A stretch of 64,000 nt of DNA from Sulfurovum sp. (GTDB lineage Bacteria; Campylobacterota; Campylobacteria; Campylobacterales; Sulfurovaceae). Location: the NCBI GenBank assembly GCA_021647715.1, contig JAKIUE010000001.1, forward strand, positions 11,285 to 75,284. The letters are read 5' to 3'. Below the pieces are notes generated by a model, which was given only the letters and a program-made list of their open reading frames with translations, was not told where the DNA came from and did no database searches. Made by a program: the position numbers and the translations under genes. Below, in pieces: positions 21,910 to 31,774 of this stretch. Numbering within the stretch: position 1 is the first letter of the stretch; every line of letters begins with the position of its first letter.

Positions 21910-22635
21910 TTAAACTTGATCTTCTAATATCAAATACTCTTCTATAAGTGCAGTTACTTTGTCCACACCTGTACTTGCCGGTTCATGTATACATGTTTTA
22001 AAATGTTTATCTATACTAGGATCAGGATCCAAGTTACTTAAAATAGAATTTTTCACGATTTGTGCAAGTGATGCAGTGTCAATCACTTGTCCAGATGTAC
22101 CAAGCACTACAAGCATATCCGCTTGCTGACAAAGCGCAGATAAAAAAGCATACTTAGGTGCATCTTCACCAAACATAACTACATTATGACGTACGTTATC
22201 ACTATGACATTTGGGGCATTTCAACCCTTCTTGGCTTTTGTATCCTACATTAAACTCTTTACTACAATTCTCACAGCGAAGATCAGTGAGTGTTCCATGT
22301 AGATGTATCACTTCATCACATCCAGCTTTTTCTAACAAATTATCTACATTTTGTGTCAATAAAACGATATTATTTGAATACTTTTTTTTCAACTCTGCCA
22401 ATGCATAATGTGCACGGTTTGGTTCCTTATCTTCTAAGTCTGCACGTCTAGCATCATAAAAGTCAGATACCTTTTGACGGTCATTCTCCCAACCTTGTAC
22501 TGAACATACTTCTTCTACAGAGTAGTTTTCCCATAAACCGTCATTGTCTCTAAAAGTTTTTATACCTGACTCTGCACTAATACCTGCACCCGAAAGTATA
22601 TATATTTTTCTTGTTGTTTTTGCATCTTTCATCAT
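21910..22635 (-). CDS. cobB: NAD-dependent deacylase (class III sirtuin)
   Basis: GAGISAESG, TQNVDNL, HLHG, Zn CENC/CPKC, and the YxxR (YDAR) succinyl pocket. Confidence 0.93.
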   Translation of the reverse strand: MMKDAKTTRKIYILSGAGISAESGIKTFRDNDGLWENYSVEEVCSVQGWENDRQKVSDFYDARRADLEDKEPNRAHYALAELKKKYSNNIVLLTQNVDNLLEKAGCDEVIHLHGTLTDLRCENCSKEFNVGYKSQEGLKCPKCHSDNVRHNVVMFGEDAPKYAFLSALCQQADMLVVLGTSGQVIDTASLAQIVKNSILSNLDPDPSIDKHFKTCIHEPASTGVDKVTALIEEYLILEDQV

Positions 22636-22641
22636 TTTCTC

Positions 22642-24000
22642 CTATTTTTTACAAGTACTTTTTCTTGCAAATGCGGCACTTTTTAATGCCCAATCTAAAT
22701 TTTTCTTTTTACAGTCTTTACTCTTTTTACATTTTTGAGCATAAATATCTGCTGATTTAACAAATTCACAATCACGATTATGCCATTGTGATGCTGTAAT
22801 TAAATACCATATATGTGACTTTTTATTCCCAAACTCACTAGCTTTTTTCAGCGATTCTGCAGCAAGACGATAGTTCTTTTTTGTATAGTAATGTATATAC
22901 CCTATATATGTATGTGTCGTTTTGTTCTCATATCCATAAACCAAGGAATCAGTCAAGTCAAGCAAAGCGTGATCTTTATGTTTCAATTTATAATAAATAA
23001 GACCTCTTGTTTGTAATGCTTTAGGATTCATTTTGTCATATAGTATTGCTTTGTTTACATCTGATAGTGCAAAGTCATACTGTTTTAATTTATAATATAC
23101 TTTTGCTCTACCTTCTAATAATTCACTATCTTGCGGAAGCATTTCTAGTGCTTTTGTATAATCTTCTATAGATTTTTTATATAGTTTCATATATCTATAT
23201 ACTTGAGCTCTCCTATTTATGTATTTAGTATAGTTACTTTTTGATATCGCTCTATCGAAATACTTTAAAGCTTTTTCATATGCATTATTTTCATCACTTG
23301 TAAATATTTTATCTCCCTGAGCATATTCTAAAAATCCATCTTGTATAGATAAAGCAGGATTCTTACTATAAAGCGTAGATGTCTCTCCTAAAAAATCTTC
23401 TATCTCTTTATATGAACCGCCCCACTTAGGCAGTAAACCTACAAGATACGTTGTTCGTATCACAGATGAGAGAGGATTATGTTTTATGGCTTCTTCAAAT
23501 AATTGTTTTTTCTTTACTCTCACTGCTGTTTCCACACTAATCAATCCTGCATAAGCAATGGAAAGTTTTGGATTTTTATCAACCACCCAAGTCAATTGAT
23601 CTTTTGCCTCTCTAAAATGCCCACGCATTTTAGCAAACTGCTGCGATGTTGTATCTGTACTCCAACGACTACCACGGGATAACCAACCCAAATGAACATG
23701 ATACATGCCATACGCTAAATGAGAAAAAATAGAATCAGGTTTCTCTCTCAACCATAATGCCAATTTATTTTCCAATAAAGGATCACTATTTTTAAATGAA
23801 GTTAATGCATATAGTAATTTCCTTTCTCTGCTTGCATCATTCTCATAAGCTACTTGTAGAATATTTAACTTTTCCTCTAAGATATTGTATTTTTTATCTT
23901 CAAGTAATTGAATCCAATACGCTTTATCTTGTAAGAGATTCGCAAATAATACTTCACTAAAACCAAACAGTAACATTACTACAAAAACTATTTTTTTCAT
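22642..24000 (-). CDS. Exported DUF4034-like/TPR-repeat protein
   Basis: Signal peptide, GWLSRG...F and L.PKWGGS (DUF4034-like), followed by several TPR helices. Confidence 0.7.
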   Translation of the reverse strand: MKKIVFVVMLLFGFSEVLFANLLQDKAYWIQLLEDKKYNILEEKLNILQVAYENDASRERKLLYALTSFKNSDPLLENKLALWLREKPDSIFSHLAYGMYHVHLGWLSRGSRWSTDTTSQQFAKMRGHFREAKDQLTWVVDKNPKLSIAYAGLISVETAVRVKKKQLFEEAIKHNPLSSVIRTTYLVGLLPKWGGSYKEIEDFLGETSTLYSKNPALSIQDGFLEYAQGDKIFTSDENNAYEKALKYFDRAISKSNYTKYINRRAQVYRYMKLYKKSIEDYTKALEMLPQDSELLEGRAKVYYKLKQYDFALSDVNKAILYDKMNPKALQTRGLIYYKLKHKDHALLDLTDSLVYGYENKTTHTYIGYIHYYTKKNYRLAAESLKKASEFGNKKSHIWYLITASQWHNRDCEFVKSADIYAQKCKKSKDCKKKNLDWALKSAAFARKSTCKK

Positions 24001-24017
24001 ATTTGTATTTCCTTTAT

Positions 24018-25157
24018 TTATAGTAATACTTTATTTACTTCCAAAGCCTGCACATGCTCTTTCACATCATGACAACGCACAATACTCGCTCCATTTTCCA
24101 CAGCTTTTAAATGTATGGCAAGTGTCCCTGCCAATCTCTCTTCCACAGACGTAGATATAATCTTATCTATCATAGACTTACGACTTGCACCAATTAATAC
24201 TTCACAACCAAAGACTTGAAAGTGAGCCATATTTTTGATGAGGGTAAGATTATGCTCCAGAGTTTTACCAAAACCTATACCCACATCTAGGATGATATTT
24301 TTTCTATCCATGCCCAATGCTTCGCACTTGGCTATACGCACTTCAAAAAACTGACTCACTTCCACCATCACATCATCATAACTAGGGTTTTTCTGCATGG
24401 TTTGTGGAGTGCCTTGCATATGCATGATGCAGAGTTTGGCATCATATTTTACAGCTAGTTTTATGATAGCTTCATCACTAGCACCTGTAATATCATTAAT
24501 AAGTGTAAACCCACTTTTGAGTGCATACTCTACCACCGATGGCGTATAAGAATCTACAGAAAAAACCACTTTCTCATAGAGCTTTTCAGAAGCTATAACA
24601 TCACAAATAAACTTCATACGTTCCAGTTCTACAAGTTCACTGACCACCTGTGCATTGGGTCTAGAACTTACAGCCCCTATGTCTATGATGCATCCACCAT
24701 CATCTATCATTTGTTTTATCTGTGCTATGGCATCTACTTCTTTAAAACGACTTCCCACAAAAAAACTATCATCATTTGCATTGATAACACCCATAATTTG
24801 CGTAGGTACATCTTTCACTGCTAAAAACTTTTTGAGTTCACTTGCAACAGTTTTAAGTCCAAAAGGCTGTGCCAATTCTTTTTTGGAAAGTACTTCCATA
24901 TGCTTACGAGTACCCACAAGTATGCAGTCATACAAAGGCTTTTCACAAAGTATAACCCCACCTGGTACTGCCAAATCAGCCCCTATACTCAGTGCATCTT
25001 GCTTAAGGATGTTTGCCGCTGGACATTTAAGATCTTTGATGAAAAAGTACATCAACTCCATCTTCTTAGCCATAATCCCCACCCCACCAGACTCCACACC
25101 CAATGTTTTAAGGGCTTGTTTTTTATCTTTAATAGTTCCTAATTTATAAATATGCAC
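24018..25157 (-). CDS. folP: Dihydropteroate synthase (epsilon type with N-terminal extension)
   Basis: IMGVINANDDSF, IDIGAVSSRP, SVDSY, LDVGIGFGK, GASRK and VRCHDV. GTG start with an AAGGAG RBS. Confidence 0.95.
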   Translation of the reverse strand: MHIYKLGTIKDKKQALKTLGVESGGVGIMAKKMELMYFFIKDLKCPAANILKQDALSIGADLAVPGGVILCEKPLYDCILVGTRKHMEVLSKKELAQPFGLKTVASELKKFLAVKDVPTQIMGVINANDDSFFVGSRFKEVDAIAQIKQMIDDGGCIIDIGAVSSRPNAQVVSELVELERMKFICDVIASEKLYEKVVFSVDSYTPSVVEYALKSGFTLINDITGASDEAIIKLAVKYDAKLCIMHMQGTPQTMQKNPSYDDVMVEVSQFFEVRIAKCEALGMDRKNIILDVGIGFGKTLEHNLTLIKNMAHFQVFGCEVLIGASRKSMIDKIISTSVEERLAGTLAIHLKAVENGASIVRCHDVKEHVQALEVNKVLL

Positions 25158-25169
25158 AAAAGCTCCTTA

Positions 25170-25270
25170 TCAAATCACGCAACGCGTGCTCTGTTGTCTC
25201 GAACACCCTTGAAAGCAGAGCGATTTGAGAGAGACAACGATTTTTTGCTTCGTTTTTTCTAAAAAATGAA
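25170..25270. other. Structured intergenic element in the folP leader (cis-RNA or small repeat element)
   Basis: Complementary pairs TCAAATC/GATTTGA, GCTCTG/CAGAGC, GTTGTCTC/GAGACAAC, hairpin CACGC-AAC-GCGTG and TTCGTTTTT/AAAAATGAA. Confidence 0.5.
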
Positions 25271-25329
25271 GAGAGAAACAACGCCACAAATTTATAATAT
25301 GGCAATTCAGAAAAACAAATATAAATATT

Positions 25330-25962
25330 CTACCGTTTTTTTCTTGCTAAAAGTTTCAGCAAAAGCACATTCAACACGAACTGAGGTGGAGAACCCATAT
25401 CTAACGCCACATAACAATCACTAAAAAGTGAAAGTGACTTTGCATCCAAGTCATAGATTCCAGAGACAATGGCTTCTTTGCAAATGTCTTCCACTAAATG
25501 CTTCATAGTAACAGCGTCAGTGCGTTTATGCTCTTGTATAAAAGCATAGACCGTTGCAAGAGAAAGTAGTTTAACATCTAATCCAAAATCCTCCTCTTCA
25601 TGTTCACTACTCAATATTGTTATGGGTAACCGTGACTTGATAGTCCCAAGTATCGTTGACTTACTGTGAGTTACAAGTATAAATTCTTTATTTAAAGGAG
25701 GTTCTTCTATCACCTTAAGTAGTTTGTTTTGAACAAGAGGAGAAAATATCTTAGCACTAAGTATAATGACTGTAGTCTCTTCACTAGCCATATATGATTT
25801 TTCTATAGCTACTTGTGCATCTTTTACTGAAAATATTTTATCTTCTTCTAATATCTTAACAATACGTTCATTATTTTGAAGTGACTCTAGCATAGCAATC
25901 GTCTCTTCTATATTAGTGGTAATGATTACTTGGCTTGTAAGTTTTTGATTTATGAATTTCAT
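25330..25962 (-). CDS. holB: DNA polymerase III subunit delta'
   Basis: QNKLLKVIEEPP and LGTIKSRL; conserved hobA-holB-folP order. Confidence 0.88.
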   Translation of the reverse strand: MKFINQKLTSQVIITTNIEETIAMLESLQNNERIVKILEEDKIFSVKDAQVAIEKSYMASEETTVIILSAKIFSPLVQNKLLKVIEEPPLNKEFILVTHSKSTILGTIKSRLPITILSSEHEEEDFGLDVKLLSLATVYAFIQEHKRTDAVTMKHLVEDICKEAIVSGIYDLDAKSLSLFSDCYVALDMGSPPQFVLNVLLLKLLARKKR

Positions 25963-26507
25963 ACGTCTAAATCTAAATCTCCAAAAAGAACTGCCGAAAG
26001 CGTATCGTCAAAAAGTTTAAACAGCTGTAAAAGCTTAATATCTAGTAACGTGTCTGATGAACGAAGTGCAAAACTATTTTGTACTTCTTCATCCAGTATC
26101 CATAAAAAATTTTCTTCTTTTCTAAAAGCCAATTTGGTATAAGGATGGTCCCCTTTTCCTATGTACCATACATAATAACCATTGGGATAAGAGATATCCA
26201 ACATATCTTCCAAAAGCTGTAAGTCCTGTGTATTATTATTAGTATATAAATTTGGGAAAGATTCAGAAAGCTGATAAAAAGGCAACAGAGGTCTATTTTT
26301 CTGCATATCATTTATGGAGTTTACAATATACTTTCCAAACCACTTTCTAGATTCATCTGTAAGTATCAGTACTGTTTTACCTTCTATACTTTGCGATACT
26401 GCATTCTTAACAAGTGGTGCCCACTCATAACGATACTCTTCCATCCAGGAAAAACATGAATCATCTTCACGTATGGTTTCGAGTGTCCATTTGAGTAGCT
26501 GCTGCAT
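25959..26507 (-). CDS. hobA: DnaA regulator HobA
   Basis: LKWTLETIR...SWMEEYRYEW, NRPLLP, DMLDISY and DIKLLQLFKLF; lies downstream of lysC. Confidence 0.88.
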   Translation of the reverse strand: MQQLLKWTLETIREDDSCFSWMEEYRYEWAPLVKNAVSQSIEGKTVLILTDESRKWFGKYIVNSINDMQKNRPLLPFYQLSESFPNLYTNNNTQDLQLLEDMLDISYPNGYYVWYIGKGDHPYTKLAFRKEENFLWILDEEVQNSFALRSSDTLLDIKLLQLFKLFDDTLSAVLFGDLDLDV

Positions 26508-26512
26508 ATAAT

Positions 26513-27718
26513 TTACTTATCTAACTCGTACGCTTCATGTAAGGCACGGATAGCAAGTTCACCATACTTTTCATCTATAACCATAGAAACTTTTATTTCC
26601 GAAGTTGATATCATTTGTATGTTGATATTTGAATTTGCAAGCACCGTAAATGCTGTAGCTGCCACACCAGAATGAGACTTCATACCTACTCCCACAACTG
26701 AAACTTTACATACATTCTCATCAAAATCTACACCTTCAACGTCATGATCAAAAGAAGCCATGAGCTTTCTTGCTTGTTCATGTTCAGATTGAGGTACCGT
26801 AAATCCAAGGTTTGTTGAACCATCTGTACCCATATTTTGAATAATCATATCTACGTTTATATTTTCATTTGCAAGCATCGTAAAAATTTCTGCTGCTATC
26901 CCTGGTCTATCTGAAACACCTCTTAAACTTACCCTTGCCTGATTTTTATCTAGTACTACGCCCGATACCAATACTTCTTCCATATTGTCACTCTCCTCTG
27001 TTATCAATGTGCCTATATTGTCTGAAAAACTACTTTTTGCGTAAAGTTTAACTTTTAATTTTTTTGCCAGTTCTACAGAACGACTTTGTAATACTTTTGC
27101 TCCCAAAGAAGAAAGTTCAAGCATTTCGTCATAGGAAATACTCTCAAGTTTCTTTGCATTAGGCTCTATACGTGGGTCTGTCGTATAAATACCATCTACA
27201 TCAGAATAGATTTCACATTGGTCTGCTTTTAATGCACCCGCAAGTGCCACAGCGGAAAGATCCGAACCACCACGCCCAAGTGTCGTAATAGAACCATCTT
27301 TATCTACACCTTGAAAGCCTGCTACTATGACAATCTTCCCTGCTTTAATCGCATTTTGCATCGCAGTTGGATCTATAGAAGTAATACGTGCATACGTGTG
27401 TGTATTGTCTGTTACTATCCCAGCACCTCTTCCTGTCATAGCAACGGCATCATAGCCACGAGCTTGCAAAGCAATAGATAGAAGTGCCGCTGTTACACGT
27501 TCTCCAGATGACAGCAACATATCCATCTCTTTTTTGGCGGGCTCTTTGGTAAAATGTTCTGCAAATCCTATGAGCTTATTCGTCTCCCCTGACATAGCTG
27601 AAACTACAACTACTATATCATTTCCTGCTTCTCTAGCTTTAGCTACACGATTGGTAACATTTTCTATACGTTCAACATCACCAACGCTTGTGCCTCCATA
27701 TTTCTGTACTACTAACAT
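26513..27718 (-). CDS. lysC: Aspartate kinase
   Basis: VQKYGGTSVG, TLGRGGSD, DVDGIYTTDPR and two ACT domains. Confidence 0.97.
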   Translation of the reverse strand: MLVVQKYGGTSVGDVERIENVTNRVAKAREAGNDIVVVVSAMSGETNKLIGFAEHFTKEPAKKEMDMLLSSGERVTAALLSIALQARGYDAVAMTGRGAGIVTDNTHTYARITSIDPTAMQNAIKAGKIVIVAGFQGVDKDGSITTLGRGGSDLSAVALAGALKADQCEIYSDVDGIYTTDPRIEPNAKKLESISYDEMLELSSLGAKVLQSRSVELAKKLKVKLYAKSSFSDNIGTLITEESDNMEEVLVSGVVLDKNQARVSLRGVSDRPGIAAEIFTMLANENINVDMIIQNMGTDGSTNLGFTVPQSEHEQARKLMASFDHDVEGVDFDENVCKVSVVGVGMKSHSGVAATAFTVLANSNINIQMISTSEIKVSMVIDEKYGELAIRALHEAYELDK

Positions 27719-27720
27719 CG

Positions 27721-28197
27721 TTATATTAAACCCTCTTTTATAAAATAATCAATCACTTTCTTGTATACAGGCCGCTTAAAATACGTTACCTTCTTGAGTA
27801 AGTCTTCATATCTCATATATTTATATTCTTTAAACTCTGGAATTTCATAGGCATCCAAATCTATCTCTGCATCTTCTAATAATCGTACCAAAAAATACTT
27901 CTGTGTTTGACCATCAAAGTTATAGAGTTTTTTATTTTTTGTTTTCTCAGGAAAATCATAAGTTATCCATTCTGGAAACTCACCTAGTACCTCTACATTA
28001 TCACAACCTATTTCTTCTAGTAATTCTCTTTTCAACGCTTCTAGAGGAGTTTCACCATCGTCTATACCTCCTTGCGGAAATTGCCACACATTTTTTATAT
28101 CGCATCTATGTGCCACAAAAAACTCTTGTTTGTCTGGATAATTTGAAGAGAGTATAACGGCTGCTACATTTGGTCTATAGCTTTTCTTTCTTTCCAT
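27721..28197 (-). CDS. rppH: RNA pyrophosphohydrolase
   Basis: YRPNVA, Nudix box WQFPQGGIDDGETPLEALKRELLEEIG and GQTQKYFL. Start set at MERKK; upstream in-frame starts also exist. Confidence 0.92.
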   Translation of the reverse strand: MERKKSYRPNVAAVILSSNYPDKQEFFVAHRCDIKNVWQFPQGGIDDGETPLEALKRELLEEIGCDNVEVLGEFPEWITYDFPEKTKNKKLYNFDGQTQKYFLVRLLEDAEIDLDAYEIPEFKEYKYMRYEDLLKKVTYFKRPVYKKVIDYFIKEGLI

Positions 28198-28309
28198 TTT
28201 TATACCCATTTCCAATCAATTTAAATATCAAACTTCAACAGAAGCCTTTTAGTTTTCTGATATTATCTTATCTAAAAAACGGTTATAACCATTTGAAAGG
28301 GGTGTTGAT

Positions 28310-29365
28310 TTGTTATTCTATATACACATCCCTTATTGTGATTCAAAATGTCACTATTGTTCTTTTAACACTTATGTAGATAAGTTTGATACCCGTGATG
28401 ACTATATGCACGCATTACACACACAAATAGTCTTTGAACTAAAGCGTTTTAATGCAAAAGAAAATAGTATAACAACACTCTTTATTGGTGGGGGTACTCC
28501 TTCTACTGTTTCACCTGAACTTTATAAACCTATCTTTAAACTCCTTTCTCCATATTTAGAAAAAAATGCAGAAATCACCACTGAAGCTAACCCAAACTCT
28601 GCTACCAAAGAATGGCTAGAAGGCATGAAAAACCTTGGAGTAAACCGTGTGAGTTTTGGTGTACAAAGTTTTAATGAAAAAAAACTCAAAGCATTAAACC
28701 GAGCACACAACCCAAAAGAAGCAAAAGAAGCGATACTCCAAGCAAAAGAAATCGGTTTTAAACACCTCTCTTTAGACCTCATCTATAACTATCAAGGGGA
28801 TACTAAAGAATTACTCTCCCACGATATAGACACTGCCTTTAGTCTGCCCATAGACCACATCTCAGCGTATGAACTCACGATAGAAGATGGTACCAAGTTT
28901 TCAGCTACTCCAGAGGTACGACAAGACAACGAAAATCTAGCCTTTTTTGTAAGTGATGAGATAGAAAAAAAAGGTTTTAAAGCCTACGAAATCTCAAACT
29001 TTGGAACATACCAAAGCAAACATAACAAAGGTTATTGGGAAATAAAAGACTACATAGGGGCTGGAGCGGGAGCTGTAGGATTTTATAAAGACAAAAGGTT
29101 TTATCCTCAAACGAATATAGATGCCTACATCAAAAATCCTTTACATATTACAGAGGAATTACTTACCGTAGAAGAATTACTGACTGAAAAAATATTCTTA
29201 GGCTTACGCTCAATCATAGGTATAAAAAAAACCTTACTAACGACAAGTATGCAAAATAGAGCCGAATTTTTATGTGAAGAAAATAAATTACGTTCTAACA
29301 CAACACACTATTTTAATGAGAATTTTTTTCTAAGTGATGAGTTATCCCTCTACATTTTAGGATAA
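28310..29365 (+). CDS. hemW: Radical SAM heme chaperone HemW (HemN-like)
   Basis: YIHIPYCDSKCHYCSF (CxxxCxxC), GGGTPS, RVSFGVQSF and YEISNF. Confidence 0.92.
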   Translation: MLFYIHIPYCDSKCHYCSFNTYVDKFDTRDDYMHALHTQIVFELKRFNAKENSITTLFIGGGTPSTVSPELYKPIFKLLSPYLEKNAEITTEANPNSATKEWLEGMKNLGVNRVSFGVQSFNEKKLKALNRAHNPKEAKEAILQAKEIGFKHLSLDLIYNYQGDTKELLSHDIDTAFSLPIDHISAYELTIEDGTKFSATPEVRQDNENLAFFVSDEIEKKGFKAYEISNFGTYQSKHNKGYWEIKDYIGAGAGAVGFYKDKRFYPQTNIDAYIKNPLHITEELLTVEELLTEKIFLGLRSIIGIKKTLLTTSMQNRAEFLCEENKLRSNTTHYFNENFFLSDELSLYILG

Positions 29366-29403
29366 TTGGTTAAAATACAGTAATTAAATTCTTAAGGTTA
29401 TGT

Positions 29404-29931
29404 ATGTTTGGCATCGGATTTACCGAGTTACTTCTTATTTCTGTTATAGCAATACTTTTTTTAGGCCCAGACAAGTTACCAGAGGCACTTGTTGATATGG
29501 CAAAATTCATCAAAAGTGTCAAAAAAACCATTACAGATGCCAAAGACTCATTTGAAGAAGAGATAAAGTTGAATGACCTCAAAGAAGAGGCACTTACTTA
29601 CAAAAAACAGCTAGATGATGCCACAGCTGAACTCAAAAGTTTTAAAAACATTTCACTCGATGACTTTGACAACGAAAGTTATGATGATGAGGTATCTGAC
29701 ATCTCACCTATGGAACATGTAAAAGCCACACAAAATGCGAGTAAACCATATGCTGAGGCTCCAAGAGAAGCAAACAAAGATACAAGTAAAAATACAGAAA
29801 AAGACATGCCCAAAGAAATCTCTTCTAAAGAAAGTAACGTTGAACCAAAGAACACTACTGTGACATTTAAGAAAAAAAAGAAAACCACAACAAAAAAAGA
29901 AGACAAAATGAAGTCAAAGGATGATAATTAA
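29404..29931 (+). CDS. tatB: Tat translocase subunit TatB
   Basis: MFGIGFTELLLISVIAILFLGPDKLP; directly upstream of tatC. Confidence 0.93.
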   Translation: MFGIGFTELLLISVIAILFLGPDKLPEALVDMAKFIKSVKKTITDAKDSFEEEIKLNDLKEEALTYKKQLDDATAELKSFKNISLDDFDNESYDDEVSDISPMEHVKATQNASKPYAEAPREANKDTSKNTEKDMPKEISSKESNVEPKNTTVTFKKKKKTTTKKEDKMKSKDDN

Positions 29932-30695
29932 TGTTTGATGACTTAAGACCTCACCTCGTTGAACTACGTAAAAGACTCGGGCTTTCCGTACTCTCAATAT
30001 TTATTGCATTTATCATTGCATTTACTTTTCATACAAGCATACTCGAATGGATTACCGCCCCACTGAATGAGGCACTAGAACAAGTGGCTCATCTTTCTAA
30101 AAAAGCTGCAGATGGCATGGTCACCACACATCAAGTAGGAGGAGCATTTTTTGTTGCCTTAAAGGTCTCTTTCTTTGCAGGCTTACTAGGTGCATTACCT
30201 TTTATACTCTATCAAATTTGGCTTTTTATAGCTCCAGGCCTTTACAATGAAGAGAAAAAAATGGTTATTCCTTTTGTAGTGGGTGGCTCTTTGATGTTTT
30301 TCATCGGTGTGCTTTTTGCTTATTATGTAGTAACACCATTTGGATTTCAGTTTCTCATTACCTTTGGGTCATTCCTCTATACACCTCTTATTAACATAGA
30401 AGATTATGTAGGATTTTTTACAAAAATCATGATGGGCTTTGGTATCTCCTTTGAGCTTCCAGTTTTTGCCTACTTCTTAGCACTTTTAGGACTTGTAACA
30501 GACAAAACGCTCAAAGACTTTTTCAAATATGCGGTACTTTTGATTTTTGTACTCGCAGCACTTTTAACCCCTCCAGATGTGCTAACACAACTACTCATGG
30601 CTGCTCCTCTCATACTTCTCTATGGATTGTCTATCCTCATTGTAAAAGCTGTAAATCCCCATATTGAAGACGAAGACGAAGATGACAGTAAGTAA
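29931..30695 (+). CDS. tatC: Tat translocase subunit TatC
   Basis: HLVELRKRL, YQIWLFIAPGLY and LTPPDV; six TM segments. Confidence 0.96.
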   Translation: MFDDLRPHLVELRKRLGLSVLSIFIAFIIAFTFHTSILEWITAPLNEALEQVAHLSKKAADGMVTTHQVGGAFFVALKVSFFAGLLGALPFILYQIWLFIAPGLYNEEKKMVIPFVVGGSLMFFIGVLFAYYVVTPFGFQFLITFGSFLYTPLINIEDYVGFFTKIMMGFGISFELPVFAYFLALLGLVTDKTLKDFFKYAVLLIFVLAALLTPPDVLTQLLMAAPLILLYGLSILIVKAVNPHIEDEDEDDSK

Positions 30696-31750
30696 TGTCA
30701 CTTGATTTACTCACAAAAAGTTATGACTACACTCTCCCTGAAGGCTTCATAGCCACATCACCGGTACAACCTAGAGACCATGCCAAACTTCTTGTATATG
30801 ATAGAAAGTCTGACACCATCACACATACTACATTTAAATATCTTCTTGATTTTCTTCCGAAAAATTGTGATGTCTTTTTAAATGACACACGTGTCATCAA
30901 AGCAAGAATATTTGGACATAAACAAGCAACACATACTAACGCAGATGGCTTCTCTCAAGGTGGAGGAAAAGTAGAATTACTTTTCAATAAACCTCTCGAT
31001 GCACATCACTACCTTGTCATGATAAAAGGTAAAGTACAAATAGGAACCATACTACTATTTGACAATACATTAACGGCAACCATTACAAAACTCAATGATG
31101 ATGGATCACGTGTAGTAACGTTCTCCTATAAAGAAAAAGAAATACGTTTTGAAGAACTTGTTCAAATCTTGGATAACATAGGACACCTTCCCCTCCCCCC
31201 TTATATGCAACGTGAAGATACAAAAGAAGATGAGACAGACTACCAAACTCTCTTTGCAAAAAATGCGGGTGCTGTGGCTGCCCCCACTGCTTCCCTACAT
31301 TTTACAGAAGCACTTTTTAATGATTTACAGAACAAATACTCAACACATACCCTCACATTACATGTAGGAGCTGGAACATTTAAGCCTGTGGACGCAGAAC
31401 ACATACTGGAACATCCAATGCATTCTGAGTACTTTCACATACCTGAAAAATCCATAAAATTTTTAGAAGGAAATAATCCAATCTTGGCTATTGGTACGAC
31501 TGTAACTCGAACTATAGAATATTATGTGCGTACACAAAAAAGCCAAGGCGAATGTGATTTATTCTTAAACCCTATTAATCCTCCCCAAAGGGTCACGCAC
31601 CTTTTAACAAATTTTCATCTACCTAAAAGTACACTTATTATGTTGGTATCTGCCTTTATTGGAAGAGAAAAAACGTTATACTTATACAAAGAAGCTATTG
31701 AAAAAAAATATCGTTTTTTCTCTTATGGCGATGCTATGCTTATACTTTAA
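30695..31750 (+). CDS. queA: SAM:tRNA ribosyltransferase-isomerase
   Basis: NDTRVIKAR, GAVAAPTASLHF, TLHVGAGTF, TNFHLPKST and FFSYGDAMLI. Confidence 0.97.
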   Translation: MSLDLLTKSYDYTLPEGFIATSPVQPRDHAKLLVYDRKSDTITHTTFKYLLDFLPKNCDVFLNDTRVIKARIFGHKQATHTNADGFSQGGGKVELLFNKPLDAHHYLVMIKGKVQIGTILLFDNTLTATITKLNDDGSRVVTFSYKEKEIRFEELVQILDNIGHLPLPPYMQREDTKEDETDYQTLFAKNAGAVAAPTASLHFTEALFNDLQNKYSTHTLTLHVGAGTFKPVDAEHILEHPMHSEYFHIPEKSIKFLEGNNPILAIGTTVTRTIEYYVRTQKSQGECDLFLNPINPPQRVTHLLTNFHLPKSTLIMLVSAFIGREKTLYLYKEAIEKKYRFFSYGDAMLIL

Positions 31751-31774
31751 AAATAAATAGTTGAAAGGTTACAA

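Noticed and set aside
21910-22635. Sirtuin as a Thoeris/DSR-type defence NADase
   Set aside because: It has a canonical CobB length, Zn site and YxxR pocket, with no defence partner genes.
25170-25240. HDV-like ribozyme, suggested by the P1a-P2a-P1b-hairpin-P2b order
   Set aside because: There is no recognisable P3/L3 consensus or J4/2 strand with the catalytic C. It is kept only as an unidentified structured element.
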